Shown: piece by piece, positions 24,985 to 37,879 of the stretch | Layout of the letters: the number at the start of each line of letters is the position of its first letter | Numbering within the stretch: position 1 is the stretch's first letter | Assembly: GCA_965178125.1 (NCBI GenBank) | Contig: OZ237764.1 | Coordinates: 62,001 to 126,000 of the forward strand | Direction: 5' to 3' | Source: Bilabrum cf. latius | Taxonomy: Eukaryota | Length of the DNA: 64,000 bases | Made by a program: the position numbers and the translations under genes | The notes under the pieces: model-generated | Seen by the model: the letters and a program-made list of their open reading frames with translations, nothing else | Databases searched by the model: none | What the model was told of the DNA's origin: nothing

Positions 24985-27028
24985 TCAATCCTCCTGGTAG
25001 TAGACTCCCGCCCTGTCCTCGGCTCGCTTCAGCGCCTCCAGCATGCGAGCCACGCCGCTCCGCACGGCTGGGTTCACCTGCAAGGTACCTCCACTCGAAG
25101 AGGGCGAGCTCAGCATGGAGCTGTCCGGCAGTTTCCGCCTCAGCTTTGCCCTGCGCCCGGGTGTCAGCGGGGTCTTGGTCTTGGTAGCAGCACCCGCGCC
25201 AGACAACGGCTGCCTCCCAGCCCCTCGTCCCTTCTGTAGGACTGCACCCTTGGCTTCTTTCAGGGCGCGGGAGCCGCCAATGCCCTTGACCTTGCCGCGA
25301 GACGCCCCTACACGAGATGCCCCGCCGATGCGTCCCTCACCGCTGGCCCCTGACTCATCGCCGCTCGTGTCATCCCCCTCCATCTCCACTGCGCATCGGG
25401 GGGAACTCACAGACCCGCCCGCCTTGCCCTTGCTCTTCTTGCCTCGCGGCCTGGAGGCCCTTCCTGTCGCGGTCTTCCGCCGCTTGGGCGGACTCTCGTC
25501 CTCACCTTGCCCCTCCTCGCCCTGCTCTTCCTCCTCCTCGTGACCGCTGGCAGCTCCAGCAGCCTCCATCTCCACCTCCACCTCCACGTCGCTGTCGTCC
25601 ACCTCATCGCGCTTGCGACGCCGGCCCAGACCATTTCTGGTCTTGTTCCCCCCTGCCATTGCCTTGCCTGCCCTGCGCTTGACCCCAGCCTTGGCCTTGC
25701 GACTGGCTGAGGCCCTGGAGCGCGGCTGCCGCTCTCTCACGGTCCGTCTGCGCATGGCTCGGATCTACCTTGGGCTCGGGTGCTCATCCACCTCGTCCTC
25801 GTCTTCGTCAGAGTCGGTGTCAGAGGTAAGATCCATGGCGGCAGCGGATGAGGACGCTGCGCCACTCTTGCTTTTACCCCTTGCCTTGCCCTTGCCGCGG
25901 CCTCCACCGGGAGCCACCGCAGATGATGAGGACGAGGCGGCCGCCGCCGCCCTGCCCGCGCCGCTTTCGTACAGGTAGAACGAGTCCGCGGCATGCGGGG
26001 CCCAGATCTTGAGGAGCTTGTCCACGTCTACGGAGCGCTCGATGGGCAGCGAGCGGGCTGCTTGGAGGAATTTCCCGACTGGCGGTGGGAGTGCTCTGGT
26101 CAGCTCTGACGGGTCTGTCTCGGTCTTGACCCGGACGAGCTCGTCCCTGCTGCCCGCCTATCCCCAAGGGAGGGATCCCCTGCCCCCGATGAGCTCCACC
26201 ATCATGTATGCCACCGCCTCGTAGTCCATGCGCGGGCAGAGGTCCTTGCCCTGGTGCTTGGCCAAGGACAGGTACTTGGCCGTGCCGTCCTCCCCCTCGC
26301 ACGGCTTGAGGCTGCCGTCCATGGCCACAATCTCCGTGCAGGTACCCATGTCAATTGTCACACACACATCCGCGTGGTCAGCGGGGCTGGCGTCCCGGGG
26401 TCGAATCATGAAGTTGTACGGCTTGGTGTCCGAGTACAGCCGATTCTGGGCGTGGATCAGCGATATTCCACGGATGATGTGTACCGCAGCTCGAGCTGCC
26501 ACTGTGAAAGGGAGAGTCCCGCCGTACCGCTCCGCCAGCTCCCACAGGTTGCAGTCCAGCCGCTCCAGCGGGAGGTACCTGAATCCATCCGCTTTGTCGG
26601 TGGAAAAGGCCATCGAAGGCGGCAACCTTGCAAAGAATGGGCTTCTTGGCAACGTCAATTCATACATTTCTCGTTCTACATTCAGGCAGATTCCCTCCAT
26701 GGACCGAGTGGGCTTCTTCGGCTTCTTCGGCTTTTTGCCACTTTTTAGCAGCTTCGGGGGCTCGAGTAGTGGTGCCACCTTGAGGATCCAACGACCCTCC
26801 GGTGCAAATCTATGTGTTGCTGCGAGGTTCTGAAAATAATCCAGACTGGAAAGATGGATTGGAGTGAAACTGCACCACGACTACCCACGACGCGCCAAAG
26901 GGCACCTTTGGAAACTTACATTCGAATACTCTTCCAAACGCGCCACTTCCCAACTCTTTCACTAACTTCCAGCCTCCGAGAGATATTCCTTCCTTGAGTT
27001 CAACCTGCGGCTGCTCAGCTCTCTTCAT
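24985..27028 (-). CDS. Ser/Thr protein kinase, CK1/VRK-like, with a basic/acidic C-terminal tail
   Basis: Exon 1 is 27028-26920 (LGSGAFGRVF), intron 26820-26919. Downstream motifs: WILKVAP, YLPLERL, LYSDTKPYNFM, TIDMG, GTAKYLS, PRMDYE, LPW. TAGs at 26158 and 25765, TGA at 24985. Confidence 0.85.
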
Positions 27029-27170
27029 CGTTGCTGTGGTACCTTGTAGTGCACGGTCCTATTTGCCGACCGTTGCGATCCCCATGCCGTGACGAGTGCG
27101 GATCCTGTCGGAAGCCAAAAAACGCTAGCGATCAAGTAACCACAGGATATTGACGGCAAGAAAGTCAACC

Positions 27171-27993
27171 ATGGGCTCTTATATTAGCTCAGCCATTGGA
27201 GACACTGCTGATGGTCTCATGCTGAAGCAGCAGGACAGGATGAAGGAGATGCAGAATCAGATGGTCCGCAGACAGATGGCGATTGGTGTAGCTTCAGCAC
27301 GAGATTTTGTCAATTGGTTCGGTGCTTTTTATGCCACAATATCACCCATTTTACTGGCTGGGTGAGCCGAGCGGCGTTGCTGTCCGTAGATTGTGAATTC
27401 GAGTGGTCGGACGCGGAGTTTTCCAGTTTCTCCACTTCTCCGCCTTACCTTTCGTTGAGCAGGGCCCTACGGAGCAAAAGTCCGGGCATGATTATACCAA
27501 TCATACCATTAACCTTTGTTCTCGCGTACTAGTACGATGTGAGCAGAGGGAAAGGGAGCCGTTGGCACGGACCTCATGTCAAGCAGACACGAAATCGCTC
27601 GTTGTCGCCATTGGCGGCATAACTATATTCCTCCCAAGCACAAGTACCATGCGACCCAATCATAGTTCATCCTTACAGATGGCGTACAACGGCAAGATGG
27701 TGCGCATTCGCGAGGAGGCCTCCAGGATCCTGCAGTCAGCTGCTGGCAAGCGACTCGGGCTTCCGGACCTGCCGGCGGAGGAGGGGCACGAGCAGCTACA
27801 CGCGGCAGTGCGGGAGGAGGCCAGGCCCTGGGTGGTGCTACCGATGGTAGGAGGCTTTGGCTGGCTCCCGGATGTATCGATCGACGCCGCAGCACAGGAG
27901 AGAGTTGGGGGGAGTGCGGACTCAGAGCAGGACTCCTCGGAGGCTGCCAGCACTAGGCAGGACGTGGAAACTCAGGCAACAGGGCGGCAGTAA
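27171..27993 (+). CDS. PLGRKT: Plasminogen receptor KT (PLGRKT/DUF2368)-like membrane protein
   Basis: Exons 27171-27361, 27463-27538 and 27679-27993, ending in TAA. Protein: MQNQMVRRQMAIGVASARDFVNWFGAFY..IIPIIPLTFVLAY[TAG]YDMAYNGKMVRIREEA, matching the family pattern RQMAMQIA..PIVPLSF..YQYD. Confidence 0.85.
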
Positions 27994-28193
27994 TGTTTGA
28001 GATTTTACCGCTCGATAAATGCATGTGGCTTCTCTGCTGCCTGCGACCTAGCCTAGCGATGCGACCAAATCGGCGCCGCGGACACTTGCGGAACCAAATC
28101 CACCACAACGAATACTTTGTTATATACCAACAGTATACACAATTTGGGCGTAGATTTAGAACAACGAGACTCTAATTCATACCCACATTGTAC

Positions 28194-31100
28194 ATGTCTC
28201 GTCATGGCAGAAGGGCCAGCAATGCAGCATCAGTTCTTTCCGATGCTCTAGGGGCATTGCAGCTGGGAATGGGTTTATCCGACTCTTCCGGCTCTGTGCA
28301 AAGCTTTGAGTCAAATAATAACGATGCAAGGGATAATCACGGGGCAGTATCACTTGAAATCGGTAGTCCTGCATCGCGGTCGCCCCCATTCAGGGTCGAC
28401 AATCCAGATGGTGGTGCTGGAAGTCCAGGCGGGTCGGAGCCACCGACGGCTAGGTCTAGCCATCAACGGTTCGGGTTTGGAGAAGGCAAAGACATCACTG
28501 ATCAGCCAGACAGTGCAGGAGCAAGCGAGACGCCTGAAGCAGGTGCAAGTGGCCAGCTGGCTGCCGAATCTGCACATAGCCAAGCAAGCGACGTCAGTGA
28601 TGTAATGAAGAAGTTTCGAAACCTGCAGTCCACTAGAGCACTGGGATCAGGAGAACGGCCATCTACAGCGCGCCCATCGGCCTCCAGGAACCGGCGGGCC
28701 TCTGCCCCGAACACCTCGGCAGCCATGAAGGCGCTCGCGATGGCCCGCGCCCGGCCGTCCACCGCCCGAGCCTCCTCCGTGGACATGGAGGCGGTGGCTG
28801 CCAGCAGGTCCTCAGTGGCGGGTGCAAGAGGCAGGGCCCCGTTCTAGCCCGGGCCAGGCTCCTGCGTAGCCTCTGACTCTGGCTCTGGCTCTGGCTCCGA
28901 CTCTGACTCCGACGGTCCCCTCGCCATCCCTGCCTCGCCCAGTCTGGCGAGCGCGATGCGGAGGAGGTCCATCGAGAGCGGGGGCAGCGGAGGACTGGGG
29001 GCGCTGGGAGGGGGCGAAGATGGGAGTGGGAATGGGAGTGGGAGTGCTGCTGCGGGGGTGGGTCGGTTTGGGTGGGCAGAAAGGCAGGGCGGACGCCCCG
29101 GATCTGGAGCCAGCGGGGATGCGGCTGATTCTGGCATGGGCATTGGTGCCGGTGCAGGTGCAGGTGTGGCGGCGGGGCGTCGAAGGTCCAGCGTGGGGGC
29201 AGGTGGAGCAAGTGGTGGCATTACAACTGGTTCCCAGAGGCCTCGCACTGCCTTACAACCCCCACCTTCCGGCGGCACGGGAAGAAGCACCACGGATCTC
29301 AGCCAAACCATGCGACCAGAAGCAATGCTTGAGGCAGCCACTGCTGCACGGGCCCGGCGCATCTCCGGCACCAAGTCGGTTGACTTGAATGCGCGTCGGC
29401 CCTCAACGAGCGCAGGATCGTTTCGGGGCAAAAAAGGGCGGCGCATGTCGCAGGACCTGCTGTTTGGAGGACTGGGTGATTACATGGGGCAGCTGGAGGC
29501 AGAGGCGGAAGAAGAGGATGACGCCAAGGCCAAGGCCAAGCAGGAAGCTGACGCCAAGGCCAAGCAGGAAGCTGACGCCAAGGCCAAGCAGGAAGCTGAC
29601 GCCAAGGCCAAGCAGGAAGCTGACGCCAAGGCCAAGCAGGAAGCTGACGCCAAGGCCAAGCAGGAAGCTGACGCCAAGGCCAAGCAGGAAGCTGACGCCA
29701 AGGCCAAGCAGGAAGCTGAGGCCAAGGCCAAGCAGGAAGCTGACGCCAAGGCCAAGCAGGAAGCTGTCCGAGAGGTAGTTTAGACTGATGCGAGCCAGGA
29801 AGCCGATCCTGCTGACCTTGCTGGTGGCTACCGCCGCACGAAAGAAGCCGGTTTGCTGGCCGTTCGCACCACTCCTGATACTCCCGTGGCAAGTCGCAAA
29901 TCGATTGATCTGAGTGCTGGCTAGGAAGGAGAGCCAATGGCATCGGCTGGGGCACATCAATTGACCCGCGGTGCATCGGGAACAGAATCGAGTGGCGGTG
30001 CTGGCAGCAGCGATACCATTGCTACCTCGCACGCTGCGGGCAGGTCTGACAACTCACGGCACCTCACAGGCGAGACCCCTGGCTAGAGTTCCAGCACACC
30101 GGAGAAGCCGCCTTTGGCCCAGGAGACGACTGGGTCAAAGGCGCAGATGAGGAGGAGGAGATCTTCGTATGAGCGGCAGCGGATGGCCACGGGACACCCG
30201 CTGGCCTCCCTCGTGATCCAGTCACCGTCTCAGGCGACCCCTGGTAGCACGAGCGAGGGATAGAAGCACTTCGGGGGCGGGGATGACGTTCTATCCAGCA
30301 GCAGCAGCGAGGATGAAGAGAAGGAAAAGGATAATGATAGTGACAGTGCAAGCAGTAGAAATGGTGGCGCTGCTGCTGGCAGTGGTAGGGATGGTGGGGG
30401 CGGTGCAGAGTCACCCGGACCTTCTCCGGACACAATTGCTGATGCTAAACATGTGGACCTTAGCGATGGTACAGGCGCGCAGTCAAGCGCAAGTCATGCA
30501 GGAGATGATGCCAGTGGGGCTCCCAATGAAGCGACCGGAAGCAAGGACGGGCACAATGAGGTCGACCTGCACGCCACAGGTATCGAGTCGGAGGCAGATG
30601 ACAGCCATCCAGATCACGCCACAGGTATCGAGTCAGAGGCAGATGACAGCCACAATGGTAGCCCCGAAGCCGACGCATCGGATTCTCAGGCAAAGGAAGG
30701 TACATAGGCCGGCGACGGCCGATCCCGCCGGGCCCGCCGCAACAGCGTGGAGTGGAGCACGATGATGCGCATGCGGGCCATCAACACGCCAAGTTCCACT
30801 CTGGCCGCGCGAGCATCCCAGGTTGTGCACACGTTCCAGGAGGAGGAGGGGGTGGGTGCAGCCAGCGGTGATGCCGGTCGCAGCTCGGCCGACGATGATG
30901 CAGCAGAACCAGGGTAGGGAAGTGGTGCCCCGAGCAGACGCCCCTCTTCCACGCGGTCCTATTGGCAGAGCAAGCGGAGAAGGGCTAGCGCCATTGCGAC
31001 GGAGAGCCAAGGAGTGCATGCGGCTCCGGGCCAGGGTGGATCCCCGGGCCTCGCATCCGGAGCGGGTCTGATGAGTCCAACTGCCGGGATCGCATCGATC

Positions 31101-34100
31101 CGCAGGCGCAGGGCCTCAGAGCCGCTTGGTGCTGACGCAGCAGGGGCGAGGGAGGCGCTTGCTTCGAGCCAATCGAAGTTGGGCAGCACAGCAGGCAGCG
31201 GGAGCGGGTCTATGCGGGAGGAAGGCCTGGGTGCCCTCGCCCGGCAGAACAGCTCCACGACGATCGTTGAGCACTCCAGCTCGACTTCCATTGGGCCGGG
31301 TGGAGGCATGTACCGCCGTGGGGCCAGGCTCAAGGCGCCCAGCGGTGCCGGCGGTAGCCCCGGGCCAGTGAATGCTCCTCCGCTGACTCCAGATGCAGAC
31401 AGCAAGGTGGACGAGGACGTTCTATCGGATAGCAGCGAGGACGGTGACGAGGAAGAAAATAGCAATGACGATGCAGTTGGATAGGAAGAGGACTAGGGTG
31501 AGACGGGGTCTGGTGAGGATGACAGCGAGGATGAACGGGGCGAAAGTAGCGGAGAGGAGAGCGAGTCCACGGACAGCGAGGAGGAGGAGGAGGATGATAG
31601 CGAGGCAAGCGGAGTCAGCAAGACCGATGACGAGGATCAGGCCGAAGAGGATCGTCGTAAGGCGCTTCTCTCAGATATGGAGGCGCTTGAGGAGGCCAGA
31701 AGGAAAGAGCAGGAACGGATACTACGGGCAGCGGGGCTGTCCAGCAGCAGCGATGAGGAGGAGGAAGAGGAGGAGGAGGAGGAAGAAGAGGAAGAGCAAG
31801 AAGAAGAAGATAGCAGCGGAGCAAGCGATGGGGATCATGGATCGATTAGTGCCGAGAGTGTGACGAGTGCGGGGTCAAGCGCGACGACTGCGACAGGCGG
31901 AAGCGGCGGTGATGGCGAGCCGGGGGGTCGGAACAGCCGTCGGCTGTAGGCCAAGGCCACAATGCCTGTGCTCAGCGCAGGCGCAGCACAGTGGCATGCA
32001 GCGACCGACTCTAGCTAGCCATCGACCCCAATGCACTCGACCGGCCATGGCTCCCGGCCGATCCCGCCAGTAACCAGTTCGTAGAATCGCGCTCCTCGTG
32101 GCAAGCCCGGTCTGAGAATGCGGAAGGATAGAGACCCGGACGGTCGCAACCTAGAGTGGCAGCAGCCGCTGGCACAGGCCACGCCGGTCCCAGCGCATCA
32201 GGCCGCCCATGACCTGCAGCAGTCTCTGTCGGCCATGCATTCGGTGGATCCACGCGCCGTGGCAAGACGGACGCACCTCTCTGCTCTCTCAGTGGCGAGC
32301 CACAGCACGGGTCCCCCGCGCGCCCCCAGCCACGCTGGCACGTACACGTCGGCCAACCGATACACGCACAGGGCAGGACCGAGGGTCATGCGCAGGCAGG
32401 GGCCTGGCGGGCCAGCTTTCCCTCCGCATGGTGGCATGGGGGCCGGCGTGGCGGGTCGGGCCTCCCCCTCCCGCGCATCGTTCACCTCCGAGGACGCTTC
32501 TCGATGGGGCCCCTTGGGCAGCGTGCGGGAGGTGGAGGACGAGGACGCAGAGGACGCAGTCTCGGGGACGGGCCCATCCCCGAGACTGCCGAACGGGCGC
32601 ATGCGGGGCTTGGCGTCCTGGGCCGATGCCGCGGCCGAGCAGCATCCTGGCGTCGGGTTCGGTACAGGTGGACCTGCTGCCTCCGGTGCTGCTTCCGTAT
32701 CCACGTCCAACCCTCGGCGGGCTCGCCCCGCCTCTGCTCGCCGTGTCGCGGACAGCCGCCCGAGGCATGTTGCCAGGGACCGACCCACCTCGGCGGACCC
32801 GCGGGGGCGCAGGTCCAGGGCAGCAGGTCGTGTGGATGGCCAGTCGCCGACCCCTGGGCACGGGCCGGGGACAACGGTGGTTCGTGGCGCGGCGTGGGGC
32901 GAGCTGGCGGAGGATGATGATGATGACGAGGAGGAGCCGCTGCAAACACCAGTGAGGCAAGTCATGCGTGCAGCAAGTCATGGAATTTCTGCCGAGGAGG
33001 CCGTTGTGCTGGATGACGGACACACCGTTGCTAGCGTCACCGTGGATGAACAGGCTGGCGTCATGCGGGTGCAGGGCAGGCGAGACTCGCTTGGATCTCT
33101 GCAGCGCGATGCACCTGCTGATGGCCCGCTGCAGGCATGGGCTGCTGCGGGGCGCATTCACCGAACGATGGAAATGGGTAAAAGGGATGGTACCGGCGCA
33201 GGCGGGGCACAGGCAGCGCAGCCCAGCTCGCCAGGGAAGCCCAGCCACCCGGGGCTGGAGCGAGGCCGTGAGCCAGGTTCGAGTCAACAGGCTGCTGGCG
33301 TGGGCCAGGGAACACATGCAGAGACCAAGGCAGGACCCCCAGTGCCCGACCCGACACATGCACCAGGTGCTTCCGATGCCGCACCCAATACCACAGGCAC
33401 GCGACAGTCACCCCGCAGCAGCCGAGAGAGTGCACGCGTGATCTTGGCGGCGTGCACGCAGAGGGCGCTGGGGCAGCGCAAGGCAGCCAGACTGGCAGCC
33501 CCCGTGATGCAACCAGTGGGCCGGGCGCTGCAAGAGCAGCTGCAGCTGTGGGCCCGGAGGGGTGGGGCTGCCGCTGCTCGGGCCAGAGCCTCCGCTCGTG
33601 TGCGAGGGGTGCGTCAGAGCGTTGATGTGGTGCCACCAGGGGCCGCCGAGGAGCTATCAAAGTGCGTGTATCCTCTCGAGACGGCTCTCTGGGAGTCCGC
33701 CAGCGCTCTATGGGCCTCAAGGGGGGTGGTGCAGAAGCCGCTCCATGGCACAGCCGGCGTGGGGACTGTAGGAGGTGACTAGCAACGACGGGAGGGACTG
33801 GCCAGGGAGGCAGCGGTGGCTGCGTTTGCGCTGAACGCCGAGACGGAGGACCATAAAGAGCAGGACAAAGAGCGCGGTGCGAGGGGGGGACAGCCGGAGT
33901 CCAAGTCGGCAGAGGCACGTGATGAGCCCGGGGGAGAGTGCGCGGATCCTGCGAGGCGAGGGGAGTCGGTCTCCGGTCTGGGGGCGGGGCTCCACCTGCA
34001 GTCCACTGCACTGCCAGCACCGTGGGGTGCCCCTGGTCTTGAGGGGTCCTCGCAGTCTCGCAGCGGGCAGAAGGACACGTTGGTGGGTAGGTTGCTGTAG

Positions 34101-35513
34101 GTGGACGGGCTGCATGCGGCTGCAAGGGAGGCTCGGTGTCCTCGGGGCGTGATCTTCGCTGCATCGGCGATGCAGGCCCTGAGTGACGGGATGAACGCGG
34201 CTGCAGGCAAGCTGCTGGAGGAGGGGCGGCTGGGTGCAGCCATGCTGGTGTTGCTGCACTGCGAAGACTGCTTGCTGCAGGGGAGGGCCGAATGCGTCAG
34301 GGCACTAGAGGCGGGGCGTGCCATGGCCGGGTGCGCAAGGGTCCCGCCAGCACGAGAGGCAGGGACAGGGACAGGGACAGGGACAGAGACAGGGGCGCAG
34401 GACAGGGACGATGGGTTCTTGGCCAGGGCAGTGCCCAGGGCCCGCATGGCACTCGTCACACGGGCTGTCCGCCTGTCTGTGCTGCCACTTGGCAGTGTGC
34501 TCCGTCGCGCACACGGACAGACCCTGCACAACCTCGCTCGCGTGCTGCGCGCACAGGACGACAAGGGGCCCTCTGCAGAGGCCCTGCGCTGGGCCGATCG
34601 CATGCAGGTGGCTGGCTTCGGGGATGCCCTCGATGCTGCGCTAGGGCGAGAGCTGCAGCGCAAGGTGGGGCGGCGGGCTGGCATGACGAGTGTGGTAGCG
34701 GCCAGTGACGGAGGCATGCGAGTGCAAGTGGGTCCCGGCCGCCAGGTGGGCCTGCAGTCGGGGGATGGGGGAGGCAGACCCGGGGAACTGGGAGGTTGGG
34801 TGACGGCGGGGAACAGCGCGCACTCCAGTGGCAGGGTTGTCAGGTCGAAGCCGGCCTGGGTGGGCCCCAGAGGGGCGGGGGGCCACCCTGTGGGCAGAAG
34901 CAGCAGCACGCGAGGCTGGGGAGTTATTCGTGTAGGGGCGTCCACCGATCCACAGCGGGGTACAGAGGCCCAGGGGGGAAGCAAGCGGCGGCCCATGTCC
35001 GCGGTGCTGCCCCGGGAACGCGACATGCATCCAAAGAGGATGCGTGAGCGGTCTAGTTCTGGTCCACGGGGCAAGGCTCGGCGTGGCCGCCGGGGGTCCT
35101 CCACCGGCGTGCAGAGGTTCCTGAAGGTTCGGCGCAGCTCGATGGAGGGCGAGTCCATGCCCGTGAGAGGTACCGGGCATCACACAACGTCTGGTGGCAG
35201 CACCAGCGGTGTAGATACTGGCCCGAGGGTGCAGGAAGGTGTTGGCGGTAGCGGGGCTTCTGGCGTGCACTCCTCAGGTTCTGCGGTGTTGCCGCCGGTG
35301 GGCCAGGTGTCCCGCGGGGAGGGTGCTGAGCTCCGGGGGGAGCTGGGAGGTGAGGAGGTGCTTGCGGTCGGGGATGGTACCTCTGGAAGCGGGATACTGC
35401 TCTCGATCGGGGGCAGTCGCAGGCCGCAGCCACCCCCCAAGGGCACGAGGCACCCAGGGCTTGGTGCTAGGCCAGGAGGCAGAAAGCTTGCAGGGGGGCG
35501 GTACCATCGCTGA
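28194..35513 (+). CDS. Hypothetical ~2,400-aa low-complexity protein with AKAKQEAD repeats, acidic tracts and a possible helical-repeat C-terminal segment
   Basis: ORFs 28188-28847, 28956-29783, 30453-30707, 31014-31484, 31677-31949, 32118-33782, 33816-34100 and 34101-35513 share one frame. In the gaps checked they are separated only by TAG. Ends at TGA 35511. No family recognised. Confidence 0.65.
29529..29768 (+). repeat. Coding minisatellite, 10 x 24 bp (GCCAAGGCCAAGCAGGAAGCTGAC; AKAKQEAD)
   Basis: A near-perfect tandem array is directly visible, with one GAG variant and a terminal GTC variant. Confidence 0.95.
30570..30653 (+). repeat. 45-bp-period tandem duplication (HATGIESEADDSH x2)
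   Basis: CACGCCACAGGTATCGAGTC(G/A)GAGGCAGATGACAGCCA occurs at 30570 and 30615. Confidence 0.85.
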
Positions 35514-35705
35514 TTGCCTAAAATACATGTTGCTAATGTTTTTCCGGTGGTCTTTGCCGTCTCAGCCTGCGCGCAATTATGATCGAGGGGATTGCAGTGG
35601 GCACAGCGGCCGGAGCCGCGGCACTGCAGTCGCAGTTGCAGTTGGTCCCCACTGCCGGTGCATCGGCACACCGATCCTCTCATAACGCGAGCCATCCATC
35701 ATGGT

Positions 35706-37793
35706 ATGACAATGCCGAGCGTGTCATGGGTTGGGTTTGCCTTGCTATCTATTGTAATCATGGCACCACTCTAGACGTTGTGGAGTATTGAATATGTTTT
35801 AATGACGCCCATGCTGCTGCAGAATGGTGCGTCAGCTCTCGTTGGATCGTACGCATGGATTCCATCTCCACTCCTTCAAATATTTCTTGTTCCGTATTTT
35901 GGCCACGTGTCAGATGCATGTGGGAGCCGCTGGCAGTTTCTGATCGCTTCGGCTCTACTTTCCTCCTGCTTGATAGCGATCGTGCCTTTCGCTCCAGCAC
36001 TCGGTTCCTTGCTCGGTGACAGCGGTGATGGACCCAGGATGGCTACAATATCCATCTTGGCAGTGGTCTTTCCACTGGCAGACGCTGCATGCTCTATCAC
36101 AGAGCAGTTTGTGAGGATAATGGTTACCGATTTGGGTGTAGGAGACAAGGAATTGGTGATGCAGGGCCATGGGGTGCTGTCTGCCGTGGCAGGTCTTGGC
36201 AGCGCAATGGGGTACGGCATCGGGGCAATAAACTGGAGCAAGCTGTTTCACGAGTTTGACTCGAGCGGGGATTCGGGCAGCAGAAGGCTCTCGTCGGTCC
36301 ATCTGTCGCTGCCTCACTGGGCTAAGCCGAGGGCAAGCGCGACCGTGCTTGCCCTGACCGGAGCTGTCCTGCTGGCACCAGGAGCAATCGTTGGCGCAGT
36401 GTTATTTCTGCGGTGGAAATCAGTCCAGGCCGCCTCGACTGGGACTCCTCCTGATGCGAACCACAGGCAGCCAGCGGGCCCAATCGCAGATGCCACTGCC
36501 AATGGTTCCATCCCTATCGCAGCAGCGGGACAGTCGACCCTCCCAGTCCCTGCAGCATCAGAGTCGCAGAATGCCGCCACATCGAGCGAAAAGAGTCTTG
36601 CTGCTGCACGGCAATCCGAGTCAGGACGGAGGGAGGGTGCAGGAGGAGGCCAAGACGTCGAGCCATAGAGCCGATTGGCGCTAGAAGAGGATCCTTCGGG
36701 GCTGTGTGGGGCCATTCTCGGACTGCGGCTGGGCGGGTACCCTTTGGGAAGCCTCTGCCTCCAGCAGGTGGTGGCCTGGATGGGCCTGTGGCCCCTGTGG
36801 CAGTACACCACCACCTGGATTGGGGTGGTCGTGCTGGGTGGCAGCGCCTCGGCCCCGCCCTCGTCCCCCGCCGGCAGGCTGTTCGAGCAGGGCGTCAGGC
36901 TGGGCTCGCTGGCGCAGGCGCTGCTTGCACTGATGGCACTGGCGGCCGGCGGGCTGCTCCCTGCCCTGGCTCGTTGGATGGGGCCCGTGAGAGGCTATGT
37001 CGGGCTGGAGGCGCTGGCTGCCTTGCTGGTGGCAGGGGCTGCCGCTGTCGGTGTGGCAGCGAGTGCATCGCATGGTGGTGAGGGGCAGGGTACACCCGTT
37101 GTGTACACTGCACTGGCGGTGGGATTGCTGGGGCTGGTTGGTGTCGCATGGGCTAGCAACAACTCTACACCGTTTGCGCTGGCTGCAGGGATCGCAACAC
37201 GGTGCTCCGGGGATGAGAACAAGCTCGTGGGAGCGGACATGGACGTTGGAGCGAGGGGCACTGTATCAGATTGGGACGGATAGCAGCAGGGGATGGAGAA
37301 GGGAACCCAAGGTCCTCGTCCATGGGCGCCGCAGGGAGGCCAGGGAACACAAGCACCGGGGCGCGAGGAGGCAGTGCCGCTGCTGGGGGGGCAGGTCTAG
37401 CCAGCGGGGGTGCAGGGAGGGAGGTCAGTCAATGGCCCCGTAAGCTAGTCAAGGGAGTTGGCGAGCAGCTCAGGGCAGGATGCAGTTGACGCTGCCGGGG
37501 AGAAGTGGGCGCCAGTGGCGGTGTCGGCGCACGCAGAGGACGGTCCTCGAGGAGGGCACGGGGCCCCGACCGGCAGTGATCCGGGCGAGAAGCTCGTGGG
37601 GGCATTCACTGGGGCGCTGTACCTGTCCCAGACACTGCCACAGCTGGTGGCCACTCTGGTCCTGGGCCCCCTCGTGCATGCCCTCGGCGGGGCCTGGGGG
37701 GCGGCCATGTGGTGGGCGGCGGGGAGCAGTGCAGCAGGGGCGCTGCTTGCCTGGGTCCTTTTCGACGCGTCGCTGCTGGAGTCGCACTCGTGA
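35706..37793 (+). CDS. MFS sugar transporter, SUT/SLC45 (GPH) family
   Basis: One frame with TAGs, ending at TGA 37791. Motifs: PL[TAG]TLWSIEYVLMTP, WIPSPLLQIFLVPYFGHVSD, WMGLWPLWQYTTTWIG, FEQGVRLGSL, TPFAL, GAFTGALYLSQTLPQL, plus multiple TM segments. Confidence 0.85.
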
Positions 37794-37879
37794 CCATGAG
37801 ACGTTGTTGGCAGATCCGATGAATCCGGTTCTGGTTCTGCACAGCTATACGCAGTAGAAGATATTTAAACTCATTCCTT

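Noticed and set aside
29529-29768. CRISPR-like array
   Set aside because: The units are contiguous with no unique spacers, are a multiple of 3 and are coding. No cas genes are present.
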